A DNA stretch of 64,000 nucleotides from the human T2T-CHM13v2.0 reference genome, Homo sapiens, in NCBI RefSeq assembly GCF_009914755.1, contig NC_060935.1; one strand, written 5' to 3'. Under the pieces are notes generated by a model, which saw only the letters and a program-made list of their open reading frames with translations, had not been told where the DNA came from and did not search any database. Every line of letters begins with the position of its first letter. Within the stretch, counting starts at the first letter, position 1. The position numbers were made by a program, and so were the translations under genes. Below, piece after piece: positions 47,161 through 61,612 of the stretch.

Positions 47161-47919
47161 TAATAGCAAAACATTTTTTCCCACATCAACTCTTAGGTGG
47201 AACCCCAACCCCTGAAATGGATGCAGGTGGAATTGTGATGGTGGGAGCTGGTATGGGGCTGGAGACCCCAGGCAGCCTCCCCTCCACTTCTTGGAGGAGC
47301 CCAGGGGCCTGCCAGGGAGGACCATTTGAGAAGCATTCCTCTAGGCTGCCCTGCTTCCTTTCTAGTTGCAAGGTCGTCATTCTCTTATGCCACAGCATGA
47401 CTGTCTCGGTTTCTGCTTTCTCAGTAGCCATCTCATTCTGGTCGTGCTTCCCGCAGGTGGGGGTGTGGGGGTGATTGAAATGTTCCCAGGCTCTTCAGTC
47501 ACATTTATGGTGCTCTGGTCACTTCTGCGGGTGGCTAATCACCCCAGGTATGCGTGGACTTTGCTAGTTAATTCCCAGAAGTCCACTTGATTGCCTCGGA
47601 CTTGGGATGTACCTCTGTCGCCCCATGCATGGCCAACCTGAGTAAATGACATTTAACTTTTATTATTCAATGAAGTTATGCATGTAAATAAATCCACAAA
47701 TCAAGGAAGAAATGCTTTGCAATATTCTGTGTCCTGATTTTGGGTTTGTGGGATGGATTACAGTGAGTGTGGAGCAATGCACAGAAAAGACAGCATAGAA
47801 CCTGGATCTCTGCGTCCGCGCAGACATTCAAGGGCCACGTGTCAGTGAAATGTATTCGGCTTGATTCCCTGTGTTGCTTTTCTGAATTCTCAACCTCTGA
47901 AAGATAAATATTTCTTTTA

Positions 47920-48715
<796 letters not shown>

Positions 48716-48759
48716 GATCTTCATTTTTGTAACATCTCCATCAAGAGAATTAAGAATCT

Positions 48760-49210
48760 CTATAGCTAGATTTATTGAGTGCCTCCTGTGTGCAAGATCC
48801 TGTGTTGATCCCATGCCATATCTTGTAATCTTCACAATAGCCCAAGGCTCTCTCCACTTCCTTAAAAGCGAGGCAACTGAGGTCCCAGAGCTGTGGAGGG
48901 CTGCAGCTGGGACTGGAAGCCAGTTGTCTGTGATACCATAACATTTATCCTTAACACTGCTCCCAGAAGTTGGGCAACTGTTGGTATTACACCACTGCAG
49001 TTGTCCACACTGAATAAGTCACACTGATTAAATCTGTGTGCTGTGCCACTTCCACACATTATCTTAGTGAATCCTCACACCAACCCTGTGAGGTTGTCCT
49101 ACTCTTTCTAATGTTCAGTGAGGAAAAGAGGTTCAGAGAAACTAAGTAGCTCACTTTGGTGGCATGGCCCATCGGTGTCAGAGCCTGGGGAGCCAGCATT
49201 CAGCAGTGTC
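48760..49210 (-). mobile_element. MIR fragments
   Basis: aatcctcacaccaaccctgtgagg...gaggaaaagaggttcagaga. Confidence 0.6.
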
Positions 49211-49686
49211 TGGCAGCTGCTCCTTGAGGCCACAGCCTTCCCTCACAGACCTGGCATCCTTTAACCCTCTCTCACCTCAGGGAGAGTTTCTCATATGTTC
49301 AGAATACTATTTCAAAGGACAGCCACTACCCGCCTCACTTTGCACAATGCCTGCTTGCCTGTGTGCATGGAGACAGGTATCCAAGTATCAGGATGCCTGG
49401 ACCCGGGGACTTCGTGCAGACAGGACCCCTAGTGGCCTGCTCTGGTATTACAGGATTCCCGAGGCGTGCATCCACATTAGAATTCACTTCTACACCTGGC
49501 TGCAAACCAAGACCCTTAAGCTTGGAGAGAACTTGTTCTGGGGGACGGTTCTGAGCATGGCAGGATGGAGAGGAACTTGGGGTGCTGCCTGGAAGAGGAA
49601 GGTGGCAGCAGGGGGAGGCTGGAGAAGGAGGAGGGTAACAGTAGCGGTGGAGTACCAATTGTCTCCATGTGGTTGCCTGCCCACAG

Positions 49687-49851
49687 CTGCTATCTTGGAC
49701 GACCCCATGGAGTGCAGCAGAGGGGAGCGGCTCTCCATCACCCTGGCCAAGAACCGCATCAACCGCGCTCCTGAGAGGCTGGGCAAGGCCAAGGTCGAAG
49801 TGGACATCTTTGAGCTTCTCAGAGACAGCGAGTACGAGACTGCAGAAACCA
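49687..49851 (+). CDS. GRIK4: GRIK4 (GluK4/KA1) internal coding exon, 165 nt, phase 1-1, start of amino-terminal domain
   Basis: Acceptor ...gcctgcccacAG|CT at 49686/49687 and donor ACCA|GTACGT at 49851/49852. Translates (A)[54 protein letters not shown], which I recognise as GluK4 just after the signal peptide. Joins the next exon in frame (A|TG = Met). Confidence 0.97.
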
Positions 49852-50423
49852 GTACGTAGACTGGGCAGGGCTGCCTCTTCCCTTGCTGGCAGAGGATGGA
49901 TGAGCAGTGGTGTGAGCTGCACCTATCAGTCACCAGGCCTCTGAGATATCTGATGTCGATATTTCCAGAGGAAGGAGAGGAACTTGAACCAGGAGGTCCT
50001 GTGAAGCTCTCAGCCTGGATGAGATTCCCAGGTTTTGTGCGAATCACGTGTGGAGTAGAATTAAGACAGGATACCCATTCATTCATTCATCCACTCATTC
50101 ATTGCTTCATATATTGATTCATTCATGTTCTGGACATTTTGTCCACAAGTTCCTGAATGAAATCTCGTGTGTGATAAGAGAGACGGCCAGCCCAAGGGTA
50201 TCTTAGCCACTACACATCTGACTGCTTACCTTGCTTCCTTATGCTAAGGGCGCTGTTGTGGGAGAAACTGGGACTTGGGATGGAATTTGACCACTCACTC
50301 TCTGGGTAACCTCAGATAAGTCACTAAGTCATCCTATCCTATCCAAACCTCAGTTTCTACATCTTTAAAATAGGAATACTAGGCTCTATTTTGCAAATCT
50401 TGCAGGTTGTTAGGTTGTTGTGA

Positions 50424-50753
<330 letters not shown>

Positions 50754-52894
50754 TAAATACAGGAAAATCTGTGAATTGCAGTGTTTTACAGGCATATGTA
50801 GTAGGTCGCTCAAGTCACACATATGGAGCCCCTACTATGCGCTGGGTACTGCTTTTAATTCTCACCTAAGTGTTAAGTGTTATCACCTCCACTTTAGAAA
50901 AGAAACTGAGGCTCAAAGCCATTGAATCATTTGCCAGACCACAGAGCTAGTCAATGGCTGAGCTGGTTCTGGACCCTGTGTGCCCAGTGCAGTCCATGAG
51001 ACCTCCCTACAGTCCTCCGGCCTGTTGTTTGTATTACCTTGACAACTTTACAAGACTAGGCCCAAGTTAGTGGGCTGGTGACTTGTGGCTAAGCTGGAAA
51101 TGGATCAGCTCCAGTTCAGAGGGCAGGAGAAGAGCCCCTCAAATCAGAGATAATAGTATCTATTCCCTAAGACTTTGAAGAGTCCCCGTCTCCTCCCTTT
51201 CTAACCCGTTTCAACCTTTGACCACACTCAGTGGCAAAAATAAGTAAACAAAACAAAAGAACAACTTGCTCAAATACATCTGTTCTTCCATCTGAGGATC
51301 CAGCAAAGCTCCAGCCTGGGCTGTTAGGGTTTCAAGAAAATCAGTACATCCACACAGGCCCAAGCATCACATGTGGGGTGTCGTGACATCCAGAAAAGTT
51401 AAGAAGCGATGCAGGCAGTGGCTCTGGAGACTCCCCAGCCTTTCTCCCTCTCACAGCTTCCTTCTTGCTCCTGTGGTGTTGGATCCAGGCTCTTCCCTCT
51501 CTCTTAGTTTGGGTTCCCTGGTTTATTCATCATGTACTTGTCCATAATGACTACCCAGACCTGATTTACTCTCTGTTTATTCATTCAGAAACTTTTATTG
51601 AGCATTGACTCTATCTCAGGCATAATTCAGGATATCGGGCATTGGGAACAAAGCAGGAAATAAGATAGATGTGCTCCTGACCTCAGGTGGCTTTCAGTCT
51701 GTCTTTAGGCTGCACATCAGGGGCAGCTTCCCCCAGTGCCTCTTAATGTGCATCCCCAAGGTCTGGCTCTGATTGGATCAGCTCAACTTGCAGTGTGGCC
51801 AGTCTCACAAGCTGCAGGTGTTGGCCAGGCTGCCTAATAACTACTCTTGGAGAGAGGGTCTACTCCCAGTCCCTCCTGCTCCTATGACTGAGGGAGGGCC
51901 ATACCATATAGAACAGGGCCATTGAGGCCAACAGGATCTGTAGGCACAGATTCCTCCCCAAGAAGGCATGGAGGAACAAGGGCCAAAATAGTCCCTCATT
52001 TATTCATTCGGTCAGTAAGTGTTTAGTGAGTGCCTATTATATTTTATTCTAGGCCATGGGGATTCAGCAGGGCACAGACAAGAATCCTAGTTGTCATAGA
52101 GGTTAATTTCTAGTATAATGGAAGGAAGATTCAGATTTCCCAGTATCTTGCAAATGAAATCAGAAATGCCAGCAACAACTCCTTGTGAACCCCCAGTCCA
52201 GTCCACAGTGTTTCCTTGTCCAGGGAGGCAAGTCTCAGACAAGGGTCCAGATTTCTAAATAGTTCAGTAGTCCATACTTTGAAAAGCCAGCCCTTCTCTT
52301 CTCGGTTCTTCAGGGCTTCTCTGGCAGAAATGAGGGAGCCAAGATTTGCCCGTCATGGATGGCATCGTTAGCAGATGTAAATTTCCTCTTTTAGTGACCC
52401 ATGCAGCCTGACTTAGTAAAGTCAATATTTCTAAAATATTGAGCCAGATGAATCAGGGGAATAAAGGAAACAGGTATCTTTATTCCATCTTAGAGAACTT
52501 TGGGCATCTTTTTAATGGGCTTCTTTTAGGCACCAGGTATTTTCTTAGCAAGTGGGCCTCAGTTCAGTTTTTACATCTCAGTGTGTTTGAGGTACGATTA
52601 GCATTTGTTAGGAAAGGGGACTTCTGGATCTTCCCACTCCAAAGGCTTTTCACCTGAAGCCAGAGTGCCCCTCCACAGTGGGTTTTAAACACTACCCAGG
52701 TAAAGTTCATTGAAAGATTCCAGCCCAGTTCTTTCCCTCCCAAAGTAAGGGGGCAGGTGGGTTGTGGCTTAAGCGCCTACCACCTGTTGGCTATTGCAGG
52801 GTGGGGCAGTGACTATATTTGGGGAAGGAAGGGAGGAGGGGGACAGGATCTCTGGGTGGAGGAGAGCCCACAGCTCTGTGATCCCTACTTTGGC

Positions 52895-53130
52895 GAGGCT
52901 GTGTGGTATAAAAATTCAGAGCATGGGTTTTAGAACCAGACTGACCAGCATTAAATCCTGGGTCTCCCATGTATTAGCTGTGTGACGTAGACAGGCTGTT
53001 TAACCATTTTGTGCCTCTGTTTCCTCGTTTGTAAAATGGGAGTGATGGTAGCATTGCCTCATAGGGTCACTGGGAACGGTGTAGGTGAAACGCTCGGCAC
53101 TGCACATAGCAGGACTTCAGGAAGTGGCAG
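52895..53130 (+). mobile_element. MIR
   Basis: tagctgtgtgac...gcctctgtttcctcgtttgtaaaatggga. Confidence 0.75.
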
Positions 53131-55174
53131 CTGTGGCTTTTGTTGTTGGCTTCATTCTCTCACCCCACATTTGAACGGGCTTCCTCCCAACTTATTACCA
53201 GCCTCCCCCCTCTCTCTTGTTTCAAGGTTCAGCCCTACTTATGTGGCAGCACTGTCTCCAGGGCTGTTCTCGAGTGGCCTGCCTAATGTCAGCATCCATC
53301 GTAATTGGATATTCCCCTTCTCCTTCCAGTTTTCTGGGCTTGATGCATCTGATAGCTCTGAGCCTTTTAAAGTTGTGGTGAGCCACCTCAAGCCAGCTGC
53401 TGCCCAATGCCAAAGGCCGTGGTTTGCCCTGGGCTAGTGGCCCAGGGCTAATTTGCATCATTAATTTAAAAAAATGTGAGTGGCTCTGGGGCCCTGGACA
53501 ACTGCCCTAACCCTACACCTGTCACCCTGTGGCCAGGGACTCTGCTTCAGGGGGATGAAAGAGACCCTAGTGATGATATCTTTGACTGTGGAAAGCAGAG
53601 GCTCTGATTGAAGCTGGGGCTGTAGCACTCCAACAGGGCACAGTTGTGCCTTACTTTGAGTAACAGGGATTTCAGAAAGCTCTGTCCACATCACACTTAA
53701 TGAATCCTATTCAGGGTGGGAGAGTCAGTTGAGGGAAGCAATGGTTATTTCAAGAATCAAAGATTATGAAGTGTAAAGAAGCTAACGATGCTGGAAGCCA
53801 GAGGTCAGCCCCCTCGTCTGATGGTTGAAGGCGAGGCTCTGAGATGGAAAGTATCACACGGGGCATTAATTAATAGCCAGCCTGGAAACTGGAAAGATAT
53901 GAGGAGAAATCACCCCCTGTTCTCTTGGGTTCAAATAGACAGATTTTCATATAATGGGTTTATTTAAAGTGAGGGTCACTTGTAAAGCTTTCTCCAGCCT
54001 GCATCTGACATCCCCCACCTCTGCCCTTCCACCATTATCGCCCCAGGATCTTGGTGTTTGACTTTCCAACTCCTTCTACACAGCCTACAGATCTAAAATA
54101 ACAGAGATGGACAAGACCTATTAGGTCAGCTCCTGTCCCACCTGGCCCTTCCTTCTTTCCCTTCCGTGTCTTACCTGAACCTGAGCCTTTCTTCTGCAGG
54201 GAGCTACCACAAGCTACCTCCTCTGTTCCTATAGATCAGCGTTTCTCCTGCGGTTAATGAATTAGAGCTTAACTAAGCACCACCCTTTACCATTCAAACA
54301 ACCTGAGGCTCCGTCCCAGCTTGAGGTTTAATTTCCTGCAGACCCAGAAGCAGGGGCTTCCCTGTCAACCCCTCCCCTGTGCCTCAGTTTGTCTCTGTGA
54401 GGCCAAGCATGCTATCAGCTGTCCGCACAGTTTCCCCTTGAAACTAGAGGCGCCCTGGTTATCCGGGCCTCCTGTGGCTCCAGTGCCCGGCGCGTAGCGT
54501 TCCAGCTCCACATGGCTGCACCTCCTGCACAGGCTTCCAAGCTTCTCACAGGCTCCACGAGCATGACCTCTGGTGATTCAGAGCTGCCTCTGAGAAGTGA
54601 GGGCTAGCATCCCTCCTTCAGTTCAACAGAGTCAGTTGAAGTTGGCTTAAGGAAAAAAAAGTAAGAAGCCAGAAGAGAAAGGCATACAAATAGTGATGAG
54701 TCATTCAGCAAACATTCCTTACTCCCCTTCTCGGAGCTACCCGCATCATAGGCATGATGTGGGCTCAGCCATGCATTGAATTGCTGTACTTAGAAATCAT
54801 CTGGTCCAACCCCTTCCTTTTACGGATGGGGAAACTGAGGTTCAAGATCTTCTCCAGGAAGTTCAGATGTACACATCTGCAAAACGACACCATCTTTAGG
54901 TGGCTCTCCAGAGAACGTGCCAATGAGTGGCACAGACAGGGGAGCAGGAGGTCAGAACTAGGAGGTAGGCAGAGCAGGCTATGGGGTCAGGTGAGGCCCC
55001 TGGCCAGACCTTAGAATGTTGATTGATGAAGAGAGAGAAGAAGGCATCTAGGTAGATGGCATAATAGCATGAGCAAAGGCTTAAGGCAGGAAAAAAAATG
55101 GGATACATTGGGATGCAGTGACAGACAGTATGGCTGAAACAGAGTGTACATAGGGGCAGAGGAGAGATCCTGGC

Positions 55175-55460
55175 TTCAGTGTAGAGCAAGTTCTGGAGTT
55201 CAATGCACCAGGATTCTAATCCTGGCTCTACCAGCACCCTGGGCTTCTCTCCTATGTCTCACAGCCCTCCTCTGTAAAATGGGAATAAGAAGAGTTCTCA
55301 CTTCATGAGGTTGTTGTGAAGATTAAATGAGATGGTGCTTAAATGTTACTTAGTAGTAGTAGAATTCATATAGTGACTCCTCCCTCTCAGGGTTGTTGTA
55401 GAGATTCAGGTGGCACATGTGCCTGGCACTTGGAAAGCCCCAGTAAATGGTATTGCTGCT
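55175..55460 (+). mobile_element. MIR fragments
   Basis: ttctaatcctggctctacca...ctgtaaaatgggaataa...gttgttgtgaagattaaatgaga. Confidence 0.7.
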
Positions 55461-56698
55461 TGCACGGTGGCTTGGGACCAGGTGAAGGCTTTGCGTGATA
55501 CGCTGTTGGTGAGGAGAGGCGATGGCGGTCTTGAGTTCTTGGACACCAGGGGGCCCGTCATGGGGCGTGGCACTCATGCCCTCACACACTTTCTTCCTTG
55601 GCTCAAGAGCCAGCAAGGCCAATCCATTTAGTCCCCTGTCTACTCCCAGAGAGTTCAGAATGGAATGCGTTCCTGACAGCTTTGGCACAAGAGAGGAGAT
55701 GGTTCTTTGGAAGTGATGAGGCAATTGTTTGCCTTGCCCTAGGATGGCCAGGGCTTCACGTGTACTCTGTGCAGTATAAACAGGCTCAGAGGGAGACTGC
55801 ACCCTCTGCTCCATTCAGGCTGCAGCATCGGGAAGTGCTTCCGTGTGAAGGACTCTGAGTTCTCCCAGCCCTCCCCAGTGCACATCTCTGTGAGCCCCGT
55901 GGGGCCAGGGTTGTTTGCCATCTGGGCCCAGAGAGCACTGAGCAGCTCCTCACTGTCAGGCAGGAGGACCTGGCCCCCTGGGTCCATCCAGGAAGCTGCT
56001 CCTTCCTGGAGGGGGGCTACAGTCAGTGGCACTTACCATTAGCTCCTCTAAACCATCTGCGACACAGCCTCACCCTCCCCTCCCTGAACTGCTCTCTGTC
56101 CGGAGGAGGGACCCTGTGAAGATGCAGGAAAGGGGAAAGGAGTAAGTTCCACGACGCCCCTCACCCCACCACCCCTGTCCAGCCTGGGCTTCTAAGGGGT
56201 CTCCAATCCATTGCCAGTGCTGACATTTTGAGATGAAGAAGTCCCTCCATGGGGCCACTACACCCCATCATGGCCTTTTATTCCAGCAGCTGAGCCTTCC
56301 AACTCCTCTGCTGCCTGGGAGGAAGAGGTAAACGCATCTCCCTCCCTTCCTGTGCCTCCTGCAAACTGCTCAGAGGGCCGAGGCCTGCAGAATCAGCATG
56401 CAGGGGTTCCAGAGCTGAGACCCTTTATAAATGATTTCCATCTCTACTGAGCAGGGCACCCTTCATAGGGAACGAAAGACCAGTTCCCAGATCCCAGGAA
56501 ATCCCCAGGCCATAGCCACTGCTAAGACCCTAATTCAGTTCCACTGGACTCATTTGGGATCATTTCAGTTCAGTTGAGCAAACATTTAATGAGCAATTTC
56601 TTTTTGCCAGGGCTGAATAGACATGACCCCTGATCTCAAGGCCATTTATGATCCAGTGAGGGAGATGGACACATTGACACACGTGTATGAGAAGCTCA

Positions 56699-57079
<381 letters not shown>

Positions 57080-57544
57080 GAACGGTTGTGTGGTGCATGT
57101 ACCATATGTAAAGTTGAATCTCCAGTAACCCCATACTCAAACAAATGCATGCTTATATTCAAATACTCACACATTGTAAATAGCTTTACATCTGTCTGTT
57201 GAGATCAGATTTTGCCAACAACTGAGTTTGATGAAAAACATCAAGTTTCAGAGCCTTTTGGACTTTGGAATTGGGAATAAGGAATTGTGGCCTTCTATAA
57301 GAATTTATTTTCAGGAGAAACTTTCCTTTCTTGGGAACCAACATCACCAGGCTGCTTGGGACAGAAGCTGGCCAGGAATTCAGAGAGCAAGGAAGCTGCG
57401 CTGTCTCCTAAAGGCGGCTGACTCAGAGCCACAGTGTGCTGTGAATATAGGGAGGGAGAGATGCCTTCTGGCCTAGGAGCAAGATCTGAGCTGGATGCTG
57501 AAGTATGAGTGGGAGTTTGCTAGGCAGAAGGGCAAGAGAAGCCT

Positions 57545-58046
57545 AGACCATGGTAGTCTGGAGATGCTAATGAATCCCTTCTCAGATAAATGTTTTTAAA
57601 TGAATAAAAACCTTTTTATTAATAAAAAAGGATAGAAAATAAATAACAAAAATCCAATAAAATGGATAGGGTGACTATGGAAACCAGCTATATGGAAATG
57701 CAGTTATATTTTAATAGTGGTATACTAATATATATGCTTCTTCATTAATGTATTAAATAGCATCGAGCCTAATTACTACCATAATCTTGAAGTAATAATG
57801 AATATAACTGGTATTTGAAGATATCCTTAGCACTGTAGTGTCATATGAAAACTGCGGTGATTTCTGTGGGAAACAAAGTCACAGGTGCTATTAACACACT
57901 GTAGTTTGTTGCCTACATTCAAAATGGAAAGAAATGCTACATTTCACTTAGGGGTTAGAGAAAAGAATGATGTAATTCCCCCCACAAGTGTTCACAGACC
58001 CCTGACTTCTACCCACAGACCCCAGGCTACAGGTTAAGAACCCCTG
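57545..58046 (+). mobile_element. MER119-like hAT-Charlie element
   Basis: cccttctcagataaatgtttttaaatg...aattactaccataat...caaagtcacaggt...caggttaagaacccctg. Confidence 0.7.
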
Positions 58047-58369
58047 ATCTAGAGATAGCCATTTGGGAACAGGATCAGGCAGGAAAATATGTACAGAGTA
58101 TGTTCTAGGTGAGCTGGCATGCAGCGGGAGATGGCACGGTGGGAGAAGGGGCTGCAAAGACAGGACTTAAGGAGACCAGAGTCACTCGAATTTTACTTGC
58201 TCATCAGAAGAATGTTTTTATTATAGCATTGTATTCTTTATAATATGTTATAAAAAGGAATACATGCTCATTATAGAAAGTAGTGAAATGAAAAAAGGGA
58301 AGACAATAACTCAGTGTTCCAGTGGCCAAGGCAATCTACAAACATCCCAGTTAATTGCCATTTGCTGGG

Positions 58370-58590
58370 GATGGCTGTGCGGTGCAGTGGTTAAGGGGCC
58401 GGTCTTTGGGGAAATGGGTGGAGCTGTTGAATCTTGACTCTGCTCTTTAATTTCTCTCTGTTGATTTTGTATCTGTAAAATGAGAATGACAGTAATAGTA
58501 CCTATTTCCTCAGTTTGTTTTGGGAATTAAATATGTCAGTTCCCGTAAGAGTGCTTCGAACGGGCCATAGTTAACACTCAGTACATGTAG
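58370..58590 (+). mobile_element. MIR, flanked by AT-rich L1ME-like fragments
   Basis: gcagtggttaagg...atctgtaaaatgagaatgacagtaatagtaccta. Confidence 0.65.
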
Positions 58591-59269
58591 TCTTTAATAA
58601 CATCTTCTCATAATCATTCCTCAGTGTATAAGTACTCTCTGTATTTGCTTAGTTGTAGCCTTCATATAGATATACATATAATTTTATATCCTGCTTCTGT
58701 CTCTTAGTATTATTAAATAAATATTTTTAATACTATTATAAACTGTTCATAAGTATTTTAAATGCCTAAATAATATTCCATTTGGGCATACAGCCCACAT
58801 TTTATATACTTATTCCCTTATGATTATACATTTAGTTTATTTCCAGTTTTGCATGGAAGGTGTTGAGTGGGCCTCAGTGTGGTTCAGCAACTGTTTATAG
58901 GCCACGTAACTCTGAGTCAGGCCTTGTTCTAAGTATGGAGGACACAGACATAAATAAGACAGGTTCTCTGCCTTGGGGGCACACTCCGATCTACGTTTTA
59001 GGACTATAATTTGCCCCACCGTTTAAAGAATGGATTGGAAATGAAGAATCCTGGAGACAGAGAGACTCCCTTAGAAGGGCAGGTTATAAAGAGGGGTTGA
59101 CCTGGAACCATGGCAGTAGACGTAGGAAGGAAGGGCTGGCAGAGAGTGAGAAGGTCAGATGGTCGGAACCTGGCCCTTGACCTGTAAAGCAGGAGAACAG
59201 CTTGAGTGAGGGAAGGCAAGAAAGAGGCCAGGATGACTGTGGCTTTGAGCTTGAGGAGATAAGAGGAGT

Positions 59270-60390
59270 AAAGTAGAGTGGGTAAGAGCACTGGCTTTGG
59301 TGCCATGTCGATCCCCAAGTTCAAGCCCAGTTTGACCTTATATTACCTGTGTGATCTTAAACAAGTTACTTAAACTTTCTAGGCCTCAGCTTCCCCAGCT
59401 GTAAAGTGGAGATAAAAATGAATTTTCCTCATAGAAGTGTGGAGATCCAACCAGATTGTGAAAAATATATAACAAATCTGATATGGTGGGGATAATAATA
59501 AAAGGGTCATGTAGCATGTCAGGTACCATTCTGAATGTTAAGTATTAATTCACTTTAATTCTCACAGCAACCTTATGAGAGAGGTGTTATTAGTATCTTA
59601 TAGGTGAGAAAACAGGCCCAGAGGTTTGATAATTTGCTCAAGGTCTCGAAACTAGTAAGTGACAGAGACTCAAACCCAGACAGCCATGCATCAGACTCCA
59701 AGCTCTTACAGAACTGAGTGTGAGATGCCAGAGGGAAGGCCCTGTGGCAACGTCCAGCAGGTGGTTGGAACTTGACTTTGTGACCCAGCACATAGGTGAG
59801 AGTGCAGGGTCATCTGGGCAGAGACAAGGGTGGAGGCTGTAGGCAATGGTAAAATGGCCCAGGAACAGTGAGTCAGGGGCAAAACCTGAATTTGGTGGGT
59901 GGGAGAAGGAAGAGGAGTCAGCAATGAGTGAAAGACTGACCAGAGAACTGGAGGAGAATCCAGATTGCACGGTGTTAGGAAATTCTAAAGAACAATGCAA
60001 TCAGAACAAGTGCTGCAGAAAGAGAACAGGATGAGAATGGATAACAGGTCATGGTGACCTTGGAGAAAGTGGATTCAGTAGACGAGGTGGGCGGGGGGAC
60101 CTCCACTGTAAGAGGCTGAGAAGTGCTGGGTGTAGGAGTGGCTGGCTGCAAGGAGCAGTGCAGACAAAGTAAGTGGCTGTGAGAGAGGAACATGAACCCT
60201 GGATGCGGGTCAGGAGACTTGAATCCAGATGCCAACTCTGGCCTTGATTAGGTGTGTGACCAGAGCGGAGGCACTTCACGTCTCTGGGGTGCTGTGTCCT
60301 TACCAGTAAAATCAGGAGATAAGACCCCACTCCCCCAAGGCAGTTGTAGGGATCTGAGGGGATGATGAACTTCAAGCACCTAGTGGGCTG
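59270..60390. mobile_element. Cluster of MIR (+ and -) and L2 fragments
   Basis: ctgtgtgatcttaaacaagttactt; gaaaacaggcccagaggtt; ggtcatggtgaccttggagaaag. Confidence 0.6.
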
Positions 60391-61311
60391 TAAGAGTTAA
60401 GTTGGCTGAGGTCACATGAGATAACCCCCATGGAAGTAGCTTGGAATTTGAAGAGACTCTTCAAAGATGAAGCCTGATCATCACTACTTTGGCCAGACAC
60501 TTAGTACTGATGAGTCCTCCAGTCAGCTGAGATTTTGGGATGTTGTGGGATGCCTGCCCAAGCCATAGGCTAAGAGAAGACTCCAAGATCTATAGTTCAT
60601 ATGGTAAATTGCAATGCTGGGATTTGAACCCTGGTGTTCTGCCTTGCTGCCTGTACCCCGTTCAGATGATCACCTGGCTGTATTGGACTCTAACCCAGAA
60701 GAAAGAGCGTCCATGTGGCAGGTGTGGCTTTACAGCTGGCTCAGTAAGAAACCTTGTACTAGTCCCTTAACCTCAATTGCTAGGCCAGGGAAATTGCTCT
60801 GCCTGACTCCTAATACAAGTAGGAAGAAAATACATATGGAGTTAAGCCTTGAGTTTTGCAGACAAGGATGCAGTGGGGAACCTCGATTGCATTTTCTGAG
60901 GGACGGCCCCTTGGCTCTGATACCACAGTGTGTGCACGGAGAATTCTTTCCTGTCCTCTCTCACTGTGTTTCCCTCTTTCTCCCATCCTTCCTTTCTCAG
61001 TCTCTAGCATTTTAAAATCTTAGATTCTCTCCCCCTCCTCTGATTACACATCCCATTCCTTTAGACATTCACACAGCAAATCTGAGCTGGGCTCCTACTC
61101 TCTAGAATGCATTGTGCTGGACACTGAAGAGATGAGAAGTGGGGATTGGGAGATAAATGTGGCTCAGTTCCTGTCTTCAAGAGGTTTGAAATCTAGTGAG
61201 AGGAGAGCACTAAACAACAAACCCAAATAGATACAGTGTCTTAGACTAGAGGTATGAACCCCAGGCCTTGGGAGCCCAAGGCAGTGTTAATTCCATCTAA
61301 AGGAGCCCAGT

Positions 61312-61612
61312 GGTGGGGTGCGGTGGCTCATGCCTGTAATCCCAGCACTTCGGGAGGCCAAGGCAGGTGGATCACTTGAGGTCAGGAGTTCAAGACCAGC
61401 CTGGCCAACATGGTGAAACCCCGTCGCTACTAAAAATACAAAAATTAGCCAGGCGTGGTGGTGGGTGCCTGTAATCCCAGTTACTCCTGAGGCAGGAGAA
61501 TTGCTTGAACCTGGGAGGCGGAGGTTGCAGTGAGCCGAGATCGCACCACACCACTGCACTCCAACCTGGGTGACAGGGTGCGACTCCATCTCAATAAATA
61601 AATACATAAATA
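61312..61612 (+). mobile_element. AluSx/Sz inside an L2 fragment
   Basis: ggtggatcacttgaggtcaggagttcaag; agcccag on both sides. Confidence 0.93.

Noticed and set aside
49669-49686. Intron end translates (V/M)VACP, resembling the GluK4 signal-peptide end MVACSP
   Set aside because: Only a few codons, in the wrong frame, and it is the acceptor tract; coincidence.
49335-50086. Two long minus-strand ORFs (195 and 198 aa) overlapping the exon
   Set aside because: Typical antisense shadows of a GC-rich coding exon; no recognisable protein and no independent gene signals.
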